From assembly GCA_965644295.1 (NCBI GenBank), contig CBFFRP010000259.1, positions 1 to 64,000 of the forward strand: DNA of 64,000 nucleotides, given 5' to 3'. A program made the position numbers and the translations under genes. Each line of letters begins with the position of its first letter. Position 1 is the stretch's first letter. Below the pieces are notes generated by a model. It searched no databases and was not told where the DNA came from. It saw only the letters and a list, made by a program, of their open reading frames with translations. The stretch comes from Paraphysomonas bandaiensis. Taxonomy: Eukaryota; Protista; Chrysophyceae. This document shows positions 35,101 through 47,800 of this stretch, one piece after another.

Positions 35101-37046
35101 CACCACTGACTGCAGTCGACAACTCAGAGCAGACGGATGTTCATGATAGCCCCCAGGTGGAAGCCACTGATCCTAGAGAGGCCAACCGCCGTCGTACTGT
35201 ATGGGCACGACTGTACGGCGAAGAGCAAGCAAGTTGGCGGTCCAGGAATGGAGAGAGGGGCGTAAAGCGTCGCGTTTTTCTACCGTTTAATATTGTTGAA
35301 CATGAAGGAAAATTTCAGCCGATAGTAACATTGAGACAGCCAAAGCTTGGTGTTAACGACGGGCCGCAGCACAACAGACCTTCTACATTGCCCTTATCTG
35401 CATCAAATACTCGCGAGCTGGCTATGCGACATGCTGAAGTGAATACCCCTCCCATGTGGGCAGGGGGAAATGACCCAAAAGAATGTGTGATCTGCCTACA
35501 TTCTGCCGGATTATTCTATAAAATTCACCACTGTAGAAACTGTGGCTATTATGTGTGTAATAAATGCTCGAGAAAGGATTGGCCAGCCACCATGCTGCCG
35601 CGTACATACGTTCCGTATAAAGAAAACGTTGTCCGCGTCTGTGATTCCTGTGCTTACCTCCAGGAGGGTTTTGTGGATGCACTACGGAGTGGAAATGTAA
35701 CAGTTGCTATGGCATTTTTCTCTACCGGCAATGTCAATCTCCACTGCCCCATGACTATATACAAGTCCGAGGAGTATCCTCTACATAGTGCAGTACAGGG
35801 TGGTAACATATATCTTGTTCGCTGGCTGCTAGAGGAAAGAAAGTGTAGTCTACGCGGTCCGGACGGCGAGCCACTCAGAACTACTGAAGGCCTCACCCCG
35901 TTCGCTTTGGCAGCCTATTACGGGCATGCTGACATTATGGAATACCTTGTTCGGAGTCACGGATGCAAGGTGACAGAGATCAAGGACTCCAGTGTTATGG
36001 CGAGAGGACTGCACGCTGCTCTGAGGGTAATAATTAACTATTATTTTCTATGTATGATTTAATGAGTACATGCAAGGCACCTGGCGATCTTCCTGCCACA
36101 ACTGCACGGTCATCGTTCTTTCGTGGTCGACGTGCTGTCCCTTCTGAGTTGGAGCAGGTTGAGGCACCACCGGAAAGGGATAGCGCTCCTTCGAACATGC
36201 GCCCGGTTCCCGCACAACTAGCTACAGGGAACAGAAATATGTCACATATTCCTTCCACCATTGCCGCACATGTCTCCACTCCTAGCTTGCGTGAGGTACG
36301 TTTACTTCACTGATTCATAAGTAATGTTGACTGTTTTCGTTATCTTTATATTACAGCCTACGTATAGACCGAAGTTAGCTCAAGGGAAGCGCCGTACAAT
36401 AAACCCGAATGCTCTACATATATCTCGTATGTCGGTTGAACAGTCTTGTCAGGAGCTACGCAACTCTGACGCTCCACTGACAAGCGAAATTCTCCAAGAA
36501 GCTAGGCAGAGCAGAACATCCAATGCAGAGGATACAGAATCAACTCGCATAAGCCACACTATAACCCAGCCTTATACAGACGATGATGTTATACCTGTGA
36601 CTGCAGATATGTCATCCAGGTACAGAGAGTTCGCTAGTCCACTTCGTGAGTCCGAAGTAGCTGCAGACACGATAGATCAGCGTATACCTGTGACGAGAAC
36701 GCTAGCCCATGATATGACTGGTGAACGAGAGACACGAGGCGGAAACCGAATCAACCGTATTGCGTCACCAGTTGAAGACGATGATATCAGCGTAGATACA
36801 TCTATTGCATCTTATTATGGTAAGAGCTCACCTGTTTGTTGTAAAATTTGTTTTTGGGTTGATTTTTTATGTGATAATAATCTATGTATAGAAACAGAGA
36901 GCGTGAACACAATTGAGCGAGCGAACCAGCGCAATTTCATTAGAGAGCAGACGTTGGCGAGAATAGAATCAGACGAGAGAGAAGTACAGGATGTGCTGTC
37001 TAGAGCAAACTCAGGGCGTTTACCGCGGAACGTTCGACGGAGGTAG
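32134..37046 (+). CDS. Multi-exon UBA + tandem-repeat + FYVE + ankyrin protein
   Basis: UBA-like VQQFVRMGISESWARIALRRCAGNVDDAIKF; FYVE CVIC...IHHCRNCGYYVCNKCS...RVCDSC; ankyrin repeats PLHSAVQGGN and TPFALAAYYGH; introns near 32261, 36028, 36296 and 36820. Confidence 0.85.
33325..34630 (+). repeat. Coding tandem repeats inside the FYVE gene
   Basis: Six copies of SYEGIAGM(F/Y)LRPS(I/L)VD(D/N)ISGE and three of ADIWSADDIAGAFT. Confidence 0.95.
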
Positions 37047-37681
37047 TGATGTTTGAGCGTCGTGGATTGTTATAAATTACTTTATGACCTGTCTGTGTAT
37101 AATATCTACAGCATACTATAAGTATTCGTTGTCAACTTATCCATTTTATACCAACCTAAAACGTAATACACGGGAACTTTGTTCGCACTGTAGCAGCTAT
37201 GTTATTGCAAATGATACGTCTATATGGCTTATGTGCTTATTTCTATCTTACTAGAGATATATTATTGAGCCTAGTCTTACTATAGGATTGAATTCGGCAA
37301 AATATTTAAGCAATGTTTAAATTTTTCATTAAAAGCCTAGTTAGTAGTGAATATCTTACTATTAGCACTAGGAAAAAATTAATTAACTAGTGCTAACCTC
37401 TGATATCCAACAAATTTTACATTTTTTAACGCTATGAAAGCTGCATGTGCGTCACCGCAAGCACCAAGATGCAACTACTTTCGCTCTATTACTCAAAGCA
37501 AACGCAGCGAGCAAGAAGAATGTTCCCTCCACAAATGCAGACTTGTACCTTTTCGTGGTGTTCTGGGTTCTGGGTGATAAGTACTGGAGATTGTGTAGAG
37601 ACGTCATTGAGCCCAGATGAAAAACAGTCATTCGGGAGTGGCCCCCCCTCAATGGCACCCGGCGTTTGGGCTACCTGCTGA

Positions 37682-38772
37682 GGGAAATATTATTCAACCT
37701 AGTCAAATTGGTTGAATTACCTAGTCACGCTATTTTTGGTGGAATAACCTAGTCAAAGTAATAAATGACTCAACCTAGTCAACTTTGGTATTCAACCTAG
37801 TCGTTCTTATATCCATTGATTACACACTGTGACTGTCTAAGATACCATCTCACACCACACAATATATTAGTGGCTTACAGAGCATCACAACAAACACTCA
37901 AACATAACAATAAGCTCATATATACATATCTACATAACACAGATGTACGTGTATGTCTATCTAGCCTATCTGTAGCATGTATGCATATAGCGATGGGTCC
38001 CTGTGAGTGTTATGGGGAGGAGGGTGCATGAAGCTGTGGGCATAACTCACTCTATGATCCGCAGGACATCTTGAGATCTTCATATGCTGGGAGTGATGGC
38101 GCTCATCTTCCTTCACTTCAGCACTGAATGAATGACTTCGATTGCTGCATTGGCTTTCAGGGGTGCATAAATCTCCCTATTTTTAGTCCAACGGAAAAAA
38201 AAGGAGGTTTTCAGGGAACAAACTTCTAAAAGCAGCATCATTGAAGTGGACTGTAGAGCAGCATCAGAACATCAGCATCATGAGTGTGTCATCAGTCTTA
38301 CAGCATCATGAGTGTGTCATCAGTCTTACAGCATCATGAGTGTGTCATCAGTCTTACAGCATCATGAGTGTGTCATCAGTCTTACAGCATCATGAGTGTG
38401 TCGTCAGTCTTACGGCATCATGAGTGTGTCATCAGTCTTACAGCATCATGAGTGTGTCATCAGTCTTACAGCATCATGAGTGTGTCATCAGTCTTACGGC
38501 ATCATGAGTGTGTCATCAGTCTTACAGCATTGCATGTGTACAATAGATGCATTTGCATTAATTGATGGCTAGAGTATGCTCCCATGTTTGAGTAGAAGTT
38601 ATTATTTTTGACTAGGTGAATACCTTAAAACACCTAGTCAACCTAGTCATTGTAAACTGAAAATATGAATTATTAAATGACTAGGTTTTTCACCTACTTG
38701 ACTAGGTTTTTACACCAATTTTGGTGTGACTAGGTAGTTCAACCATTTTGACTAGGTTGAATAATACATCCC
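37682..38772. mobile_element. Non-autonomous Mutator-like element (MULE)
   Basis: TIRs GGGA(AA/TG)TATTATTCAACCTAGTCAAA.TGGTTGAA.TACCTAGTCAC with repeated ACCTAGTC motifs; 9-bp TSD ACCTGCTGA (37673-37681, 38773-38781). Confidence 0.9.
38273..38530. repeat. Minisatellite, 9 x 28 bp (CAGCATCATGAGTGTGTCATCAGTCTTA)
   Basis: Head-to-tail units every 28 bp with a few A>G variants. Confidence 0.97.
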
Positions 38773-39444
38773 ACCTGCTGAAGTCAAGCGTCTGGGCTGT
38801 TCACCTTAAGGAGTCAAAAATTTTGAAGTCAGCAGTCAGCAGATGTCAGGTATATCAAGTGCGGTCGCTTTGAGTGATAGAGCGAAAGTGGTTACAAGTT
38901 GGTGCCTGCGATGACGCACATAGCGTTAAGAATGTTAAATTGTAAATGTAGTAGATAGTTAAATTGTTTTGCTACATTAGTTCTGACCCTTACATACCTA
39001 TTGCTAACAATCAGACCTTCACTACTGGACTACTGGGACTAGTTATATTGTCACTATAAACACCTGGTCAATTTTGTTGTTGAATAAACAAGGTTTTGTG
39101 TATAATTGACACTCTGGAAGTAGTTTATAAAAAAATATTTGTCAATGTTTTAAATAGTAACAGGTGAATAAAACAATGTTTCTTCGCGTGTCAGTTATAC
39201 ATCACACTTGAACAGACATAGTTAGTTATTAGTTACATGTAAAAGCATAAACGTTTTAAAATGTATATTGTACAAAGCACAAATGCCAATAATTAATCGT
39301 AATGATTGAGATGTCTACATACCTTGGGGCTACAACAAGCATTCAGATAAACGAAATGTATATTTAATGAACAAAATACATCCACAGCACCCCGACATAT
39401 ATTTAGCCACATGCTGCAATCTATCAACAGCAGGAGCTCCAAAA

Positions 39445-41532
39445 CTACTCCACGGTGTTGTTGACCAGATCAGCGACACCAAGTCCAATTGCCATACACG
39501 TGGCGGCAATAGGTGCGCTCGGTATTGATGGAAACACACTGGCGTCCGCAATACGCAGCTTCTCTGCTCCACTCACTCGCAAATATACATCTACAACCCC
39601 TTTGGAGTTCTGCGACGATGAATTCGACATGTCAGTTGATAGGGCAGACTCAGTTTTATCAACTTCATCAGATGAACATGTCATGCGACAGGTTCCACAA
39701 AAGTGAAAGTATGTGGTTAAGAATAGCTTATAGTACAACTGAAACAATGACCCGGAGATAGCATAACCAAATAGCGGACCAGGAAGAAGCTCAGTATACC
39801 AAAGCCCGGAGGTAGACGCGACGTTCACACTGCGACGGGCAGCCGCAAGTCCGCATTTGGTAATCTCCATATCGCATTTACTCAATCCATAATTCAGATC
39901 TGCAGAAAATTAGATACAAAAGTGGATAGGGACTCAGGCACGCACCAATAACCACAGGATCGACATGCTTGCGGAACCGAGAGTGTACATTCGATGACAC
40001 TCTGCCTTGTATTTGCGGCTGCACATTACATACCAGAACTGCTAGTACCATCGAAAGTAGTTGCTGGACCAAACTTATGTGTGATATAAACTAAATACAA
40101 AAACCAACAAAACTACATTAGACTCAAGCACAGGTGGTGACATCGAATCCTACATATATAATGGAAAAGAAAAACGGCCTCACGTAGTACGAGTAAAAAT
40201 TGAATTTCTCTAAACGTGGTAACACCATCTCAGCAATCAGTCCAGGTAGCACTCGACCATCGACATAGACAAGTTGAATACTGCTAACATGGTAAAGAAA
40301 AAATACTTATGTAACATAACGCAAGTGACCTGGGAGGTGTTGAAGAGTTAGCAGGGACAGGATCCCCTTTGCAGTCTAGGTTTACCCAGCCATGAATGCC
40401 ATTAGAAGGTAGACTACTTTCACTCACTACATGCGGCAAATTCCGCCAGCTTCCGAAAGTAATGAAGGGTAAGACAGTATGATCCATAAGCCGCTTCCCA
40501 ATCTCCGACAGAGGAATTTTTTTCGAATACTCGACAGCCTCCTCGGTTCGTACGTGAAGCTGAATTCCCTGCGCAATGATGGTGTCACAGTGAGAGATAT
40601 CATTGTCTCCATCATCCTGTAGCAACTGGCCCTGCGTGCAGAAACACGGTTCTTGAGTGACACCTGGATCTATACTTTCAGGTGGAAGGACAATGGAATG
40701 TCTGAGGATAGACGGCGAACCCCATACACCACTACAGAGTATCACCTCGCCACCGTTCTCAGTACGCAACAAGACCCGCTTTCCCCTAGAGTCCGTCATA
40801 TACACTCCGATTGCTACAAGATGAGAGTCCTCTGTCGTTCCATACTGCTCTAGCAATACTCCATGAACAGTGGTGTTTGCTAGAACTCGTAGTGTGCGAG
40901 CAGATATTAGTGGTGACAGTAAATCTCCCAAGCGAGTGCGGGTGCCAGCAGTAGTGGTGGTATAATAACTCGAATGTAATGCACCGTCATCCCATACACC
41001 TTGCGAATCGCACTCATTAACAACAGATGATTGTACAGCAGCCTCGACAACACCACTTCTAGAAGTTTTAACAGGTTCCACAATACTTTTAACTCTCGAG
41101 AATAGCCTATACGAATACGATCACCAACGAAGCATATATTCAAATATAACTTTACTTTTCCATCCGCATCGAATTCCACTCCTCTGGCCAGTATCTGTCG
41201 AATACAGCTCTGTGTCCCGGGTTCCATATCATGGCATTGATGTTAGTTGAGCCTCCGATGCCGGTGCCCGCCGGACACAATATGCTCCGGCCCAACAGCC
41301 CCTCTTGAGCCACACATACCCTCCTGATCGCCTCACAGTCCTTCACCCATGCTGCGCCCCATCTTAATGGATCAATGGAGTCATGATGTGTGTTGGCTTG
41401 AAGAGATCCAGCTTCCAATAGATAGATATCAGATGTTTTGCTTAGTTCATGAGCACAGAGGATACCGGCCGCTCCTGCGCCTACGATGATGTGTACAGGG
41501 CGTTTGAATCCGGATATAGAGTTGTGTTCCAT
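39445..41532 (-). CDS. GMC (glucose-methanol-choline) oxidoreductase, multi-exon
   Basis: IIVGAGAAG, GIGGSTNINAMIW, VILCSGVWGSPSIL, IGKRLMDH and GVVDVYLRVSG..LRIADASVFP..PIAATCMAIG. Confidence 0.92.
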
Positions 41533-41768
41533 GTCAATGGATTACTGGAGATGGAGAGTAGGAGTGATGGTTAGTTGATGTTACTTGTATATATATGTAT
41601 GTATGTATGTGTGTGTGTATGTGTGCTGCTGCATACAGATGTACAGTATATGCAGTATATATCCACTAACGAAGAGATGAAGTCACAGTCCAGATTGAAA
41701 CACTTTCACTTCAATTCAATAAGCACTTGCAATAATGCAGTTGGGTTTTCTTCAAGTGGCCCTCTACG

Positions 41769-41975
41769 TATATGTATGCATGTATGTATGTATGTATGTA
41801 GGTATGTATGTAGGTATGTATGTATGTATGTATGTATGTATGTATGTATGTATGTATGTATGTATGTAGGTATGTATGTATGTATGTATGTATGTATGTA
41901 TGTATGTATGTATGTATGTATGTATGTATGTATGTAGGTATGTATGTATGTATGTATGCATGCATGTAGGTATGT
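41769..41975. repeat. (TATG)n microsatellite with TAGG variants
   Basis: Directly visible. Confidence 0.97.
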
Positions 41976-42202
41976 GGATTGTACACAGGTACAGAGTGAA
42001 GTATGTGTGAAGGTTCCATTGGATGGTACATATGGAGCACTGAAGTGAGAATATCTCCGCACAGTATTACCTCACCTCAGTACACTGGTACACCGTACAG
42101 TACAGTGTGAAGTGGAAGAGAACAGTGTCTACATAGCAAACAATCTCCTCATCATGCTACCATACAGACATACGTACACATATACATGATAGTGACAGCA
42201 CT

Positions 42203-44905
42203 ATGAGCCATATTCCTCACTTGCCTAGCTCAGATACAAAGCCCAGACGACACCACCCTCGTCTACACCTCCCAGAGGCCTCTATACCAGTCAACAGAAG
42301 CCTTCCATCTTTATTACAACGATCATCTAGTGGTCATATACGAGATGATCCATCAGACAGAGATAGAGATACACAGCAACTGATAGAGGGGGTTGGTGAT
42401 GGAGATAACACACATATATCGAGTGGTCCTGCTGCTGATGGTCCTGTCGATGTGGTGTGTCCATCGCATGACTCCTCCAACACACGATCACAAACAACAG
42501 CTGAACGATCTGAAGTCTCATCTGACACTGCTGCTGCCACACACAGCGAGGGAAAACGCAATGAAGGGACAACTTCTAATACCGCTCATCACGCCTCAGT
42601 GGAACAGTCAACTTCAACTCCATCTGGCGTAGGTAGTTGTATGCAAAACACATCGAATCGTACATCGACCTCATGCAGACCGGCACATTCTTTTATTAAG
42701 CAAGAACCACTTAATAGGGCTCCGGATTTCACTGTACCTGCGGCGGTCGAAAACCGGCAATCATGTCACACTGATGCTAGGTCGCATTCTGGTGAGGCCC
42801 AAGTCAGGAAGGGGGGAGATATTCAAAGCTCTGAGCCGGTACGTGGGCCTTATAGTGTAGGAATATCCCGTACTCAGGAGCGGACACTCTCTGGCTCCCA
42901 AGGAAATGGTACATCATATAGCAGAACGAGGTTCTTTGGTTGCAGGTCATCACCATACGGAGATAAGAGTTCTGATAATCAGTCACGAGTTTCTAATAGT
43001 TCATATCGCACATCAGTGGAACAGTCAACTTCAACTCCTTCTGGCGTAGGTAGTTGTATGCAAAACACATCGAATCGTACATCGACCTCATGCAGACCGG
43101 CACATTCTTTTATTAAGCAAGAACCACTTAATAGGGCTCCGGATTTCACTGTACCTGCGGCGGTCGAAAACCGGCAATCATGTCAAACTGATGCTAGGTC
43201 GCATTCTGGTGAGGCCCAAGTCAGGAAGGGGGGAGATATTCAAAGCTCTGAGCCGGTACGTGGGCCTTATAGTGTAGGAATATCCCGTACTCAGGAGCGG
43301 ACACTCTCTGGCTCCCAAGGAAATGGTACATCATATAGCAGAACGAGGTTCTTTGGTTGCAGGTCATCACCATACGGAGATAAGAGTTCTGATAATCAGT
43401 CACGAGTTTCTAATAGTTCATATCGCGCCTCTGGAGAGAAATCTTCTCCGGATTGCACTGTACCTGCGGCGCTAGACAACAGGCAATTATATCAAACTGG
43501 TGCTAGGTCGCATACTGGTGAGGACCAAGGCTGGAATGAGGCAGGATATCCAACAAAGTTTTGTGGTGATAGCTTAGCACCATACGAATATAAGACATCT
43601 AACTTTAAGCCGCGGACTACGAGTAGTGATTTTAAGCGTCATGTGATGTCTACAAAACAAGAATTTGATTCGCGTGATGTGAATAGGAGGTCGCGTAGCC
43701 GTGAACGATCATACTTCCGCATTCGAGGTCATACAGACGATTCTAACGATTCGCGTGATGTGAATAGGAGGCCGCGTAGCCGTGAACGATCACACTTCCG
43801 CACTCGAGGTCATACAAATGATTCTCATGACAGGAAGTATTCTTATCGCGACGAATATGTGCCTTGCCGAGATAAGCCTGCTGACTGCCACTCAATAGAT
43901 TATCGGAACAGGAGAGCCCCACTCTCTAATAGAGCCGCCAGTGTGAAAAAGGTGGAGCTTTCGCCACGAACTACCATGGAGGCACAGACGGAAGCCAATA
44001 AGGATAATGATGTACAGTTGTCGACCACTAACACTGTTGCCACTGTTCCGAATGACGAATCACAGGCAGCGCAGAATACTAGTATCCAGTCGATCGGGGT
44101 CGACTTAAAAGTACCCGCTACAGATGAAACACAGTACCCAACTACCGGGTTTACAAGTGAACACCTGCAGATCACAAGTAGTTTAGACAAAGGGGAAGAT
44201 AAACAGTCGAAACCCACTGCTGTTGCCGAATCCCAAGCACTGACCACTGCGAGTGCTGATTCCCATCTTCAGCCCCCTAGAACTTGTCGTTATCGTCCTC
44301 AGATGCATAGTAGAGTTGCGGCTTCACTCCCTTCGGAAGACGAGAATAATGATCGTTGTGGTTCAGCGTCCTCAGATCTTACCCATGACTCCTCTAAAGG
44401 TGAAACCTTGGTTGAGTTTAGCTTCCCGGAAGATACCCTTCGGAAAAATTTCTCACAATTCCTTAAAACATTCGATGGAGTTGTAAGGTTTACATTTCAT
44501 CGTCAGAAACGAAAGGCAGATGTATATATGATAGATTACCCCAGTGCGAAGAATGTCGTCAGCTACTTTGATTCCCCTTTCATTCTTCCCAAAAACAATT
44601 ATGAGGTCCGCATCATAGATGATCAACGCCAGGGTCGACCGAACTCTGGTCGTGCGAAAAGAAATAGCCCAGTTAATAGTAGCGACTGTAGCAATAAACG
44701 AAGTTATGATAGTACACGTAAATATTGTGAGGGCGCGGAGTCATGTTCCGTTAGTTTTGACCAACAGCTGAAGAGACACTGCGCGAGAGATTTAAGAAGT
44801 GATGCCAATGCAAAGACGAGTAGACCTCCTGGAAGCAGTGAGTTTTTAGATTTAGTTCTCTGTGAATACCTTGCAAATAGTACTGTTGAAACGACACTAT
44901 GCTAA
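42203..44905 (+). CDS. Uncharacterised 900-aa low-complexity Ser/Thr/Arg-rich protein; possible degenerate RRM-like domain near the C-terminus
   Basis: Long ORF with an internal 139-aa duplication, RSRSRERS patches and one globular-looking segment LVEFSFPEDTL...DVYMIDYPSAKNVVSYFD. Confidence 0.6.
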   Translation: MSHIPHLPSSDTKPRRHHPRLHLPEASIPVNRSLPSLLQRSSSGHIRDDPSDRDRDTQQLIEGVGDGDNTHISSGPAADGPVDVVCPSHDSSNTRSQTTAERSEVSSDTAAATHSEGKRNEGTTSNTAHHASVEQSTSTPSGVGSCMQNTSNRTSTSCRPAHSFIKQEPLNRAPDFTVPAAVENRQSCHTDARSHSGEAQVRKGGDIQSSEPVRGPYSVGISRTQERTLSGSQGNGTSYSRTRFFGCRSSPYGDKSSDNQSRVSNSSYRTSVEQSTSTPSGVGSCMQNTSNRTSTSCRPAHSFIKQEPLNRAPDFTVPAAVENRQSCQTDARSHSGEAQVRKGGDIQSSEPVRGPYSVGISRTQERTLSGSQGNGTSYSRTRFFGCRSSPYGDKSSDNQSRVSNSSYRASGEKSSPDCTVPAALDNRQLYQTGARSHTGEDQGWNEAGYPTKFCGDSLAPYEYKTSNFKPRTTSSDFKRHVMSTKQEFDSRDVNRRSRSRERSYFRIRGHTDDSNDSRDVNRRPRSRERSHFRTRGHTNDSHDRKYSYRDEYVPCRDKPADCHSIDYRNRRAPLSNRAASVKKVELSPRTTMEAQTEANKDNDVQLSTTNTVATVPNDESQAAQNTSIQSIGVDLKVPATDETQYPTTGFTSEHLQITSSLDKGEDKQSKPTAVAESQALTTASADSHLQPPRTCRYRPQMHSRVAASLPSEDENNDRCGSASSDLTHDSSKGETLVEFSFPEDTLRKNFSQFLKTFDGVVRFTFHRQKRKADVYMIDYPSAKNVVSYFDSPFILPKNNYEVRIIDDQRQGRPNSGRAKRNSPVNSSDCSNKRSYDSTRKYCEGAESCSVSFDQQLKRHCARDLRSDANAKTSRPPGSSEFLDLVLCEYLANSTVETTLC
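42596..43427 (+). repeat. Near-perfect 417-bp tandem duplication, in frame
   Basis: Identical antisense ORFs at 42804 and 43221 (offset 417); I saw about two substitutions. Confidence 0.95.
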
Positions 44906-45347
44906 CTAATATATAGCTATTTCATGTGCAAAGTACATAGACACATAGACAAAGGTGGCGATGTCATCGATACTGTACTGTGATACTGTACGGTGTGGTA
45001 TATTAAGTAAACTTTAATGAGGAATCGTTACATAATGAAAAGTTGATGAAGGATGGATAAAGCCTTATAAGTGCTTTAATTTTCGCTGCGGAATATGCAC
45101 TATATTAGAACACAGTACCATATGATTCATCCGAAGTAAAATGAATTCAAGAGACAGCAAGCAGACAACACTCACTCTAATTAAATTATTTTTATTACTC
45201 TTGCCACATGAAGTGATTTCTCTTGATTAATCCGAGTAATGAAATCAACACCACGTCTGAATTTCGCGACTGTAGTGCCTTATGTCGCGTGTTTGCAATT
45301 TCAGAAGGATAGAAGCACATTAAAGAAAAAGGGTAGAAGACTATTAG

Positions 45348-47727
45348 TTAATCAATATGAGCTTCGTCAGTACTACGAACCATAGAAAATATTCTACGCT
45401 TTTTTCCTGGTTTCCCATCTGCCAAATCAACCCGCAAATTCACCACAAACAAAACAAGCGCAACTAGAATGAGACAACCAAATGCAACAAGCATACCTTG
45501 AGTGGATGGCATGACCTGCAGTCTGTATCCTAATATCGCATCATCAGTGACCATAATTACATCTGTAAAGCCATCAGCATCAAAGTCACCAATGACAGGA
45601 CGGGCAATAGGGGTATTGGGAACAGATTTCGTTGACAGAACGACCCCATCGCGAGACACTACGCTAATATCTTGGTCACCAGTAATCAGCATATGAGCGT
45701 ATATATTGTCATGCGAGCCAAACTCCTCGGCTCGTGCAGCATCCATGTCGAAGTGTACCATTTGGGCCCACTGAAAGTCAGTTTTCCATCCAGGGCCATC
45801 TTTGACCTGCCAGTTGAACTCGCCGTTCGCAGAGTACGAGGTCACCATTCCCATATTTGTAGCCACCACGATGTCCTTCTTCTTCGACTCCGTATTAGTC
45901 ATGGGGTCTACTTTGCGCAAGACTAAGGGAGTGGCGGCTTTAATAGGCGGAGGGGTACGCTTAGAAGGCTTCGCCATGGGGTCAGATAGGGCACGCCGAT
46001 GAAGACAAAGAGTGCCATTGAACAGCTGCGATCGCGGTGGAAGTCCACTGATTACCATCATATGACAGTGTTGGATTGCATCGCTTCCCTCATGAGAAAA
46101 TGCAGCGGCACGATGGACCGCATCATTTTCATTTTCGATAACAAGGACCATGTCCACGACGCCATCGCCATCAATATCTGCGTATGTGTGATCCGCATTG
46201 AGAGCCATAGATGTTATTGGAACCCCAGTTCGCAGCGCTATTACCTCAACTCCATGTTTGGTATGTGCTACAAGGACGTTGGGATGATCAGTGTGCTCAG
46301 AGGCATCATGCGGTAGAGATGCAGATAAAGACAATGGCTCAGATCCTATGCCAGTAAATTTCTCCAGCAACCCCCCTGACTTCTTAGTTTTACTGGGGGA
46401 ACGGCGAGAACTTCTCTGATTTTCTAATTTCCGGCTACTCGCTGAAGTTCGTGACACAGATTTCGACGATGACGGTTTCCCTTTAGCAGTTCCAGCCCCA
46501 AGGTGTCTTCGGACAAAATGTGCAAAGCGCATTGATGTGTCAGTCCTGTGGTGCCAAAAGTGAGGTAGCTCTGCCACAAGAGATGCCTTAAACAGTGACA
46601 TATCGTTCATGTGGGCCCGAGTGTGCGATGCCATGCGAGACAAATCGAAGCTGCTGAGGGTGTATGCTTGGTGAGGAAGAGATCTAGTGTACTGTTCTTG
46701 CTTGACATCAGATCCATCGTGCCTCCACACAATATGACCTTCCTTGGAATCAAGTGCGTATACACTGAAATGTTCGAGCATAGCACGCACTCTCATCTCA
46801 GGGTGCTCAATATCACCATCTTCATTCTTGTCAAGTCCCGCCTCCACCAAATCCTCAGCGGCAAGCGCCTCAGTTCCTCCATCACGTAAACGCATGCTCG
46901 CTCCAATGACTACAGTCCCGCCGGATGCATCTTCTTTCAAGCTTAAGGGCGTAATAACTATTGACGCCTCATCTACCGTATAGTGCGATATGACATACTC
47001 CAACTGGTGAAACTTATGAGCAATACTCTTCTCCCACATGAGCGACAAGGAGGAATCAAAGCACGAGACTGTAAAGTCTTCAGTGACAACTACAATAACC
47101 TTGGTACGCTCCTTTTCATTTGAGTATTTATCTATGTACCCCGCCGCCAGAGCGACAGGAGATTTACCCTGTCGACAATTTTAAAAAAGCACATAAATAA
47201 TTTAAAAAATGATAAAGTCTACATGTACACAATGATTATTACCTTTCGAATACTAAACTTAGACAAGCGAACAGATTTTTCGATCTTTGGAGAATATACG
47301 GCAGCATTTGGGTCTCCGCCATATTCGGGAGATATAACCTGAACATCCCCTTATAAAGGTAATGATAATAAATGAGATGAAACATACTTGAAGAACAAAA
47401 TCTTTTGATATGGATATGATTTCATTCCTTCCATCGCCATCAAGATCTGATATGAGCACAGGCACCTGATGATAGGGTACCTCTGAGCCCTTACCCCTGT
47501 GGTCCAGGTACCAGGAGGGCTCTAAACTATATGTGTATCCACGACTCTGATATGTGTGTTATGTATAGTATGGTATGAATGTATGGCTTACATCTAATGA
47601 GAGGTACACGGCGAGCACCATAACACAGAGGACCATAAGATCCCTCTTACGGAATGCCTGGAGTGGGGTTAGTTACGAGAGGGGGAGTGATAAGGAGTAC
47701 CTGAGCCTTTGCTGGATCCTTTTTCAT
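45348..47727 (-). CDS. FG-GAP repeat membrane protein (plant NERD1/At3g51050-like), multi-exon
   Basis: Spliced N-terminus FRKRDLMVLCVMVLAVYLSL; SDLDGDGRNEII, LPHFWHHRTDT..AHFVRRH, PNVLVAHTKHGVE, ADIDGDGVVD, GDFDADGFTDVI; C-terminal TM helix. Confidence 0.85.
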
Positions 47728-47800
47728 AGTTGAACGATTGTGTAAGGCTGCTAAGCAGAGAGCAGCAATGACTAACACTGTAATCAGAGTTACTCTAAGC

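Larger units (their letters stand above)
37380..38960. mobile_element. Non-coding dispersed repeat with long imperfect inverted arms (MITE-like), interrupted by a MULE; boundaries approximate
   Basis: ~37425-37505 is an imperfect reverse complement of ~38860-38935; the core is homologous to 58663-59435. Confidence 0.65.

Noticed and set aside
38273-38530. Possible CRISPR array (28-bp repeats)
   Set aside because: Units are head-to-tail with no spacers, no cas genes are present and the context is eukaryotic; it is a minisatellite.
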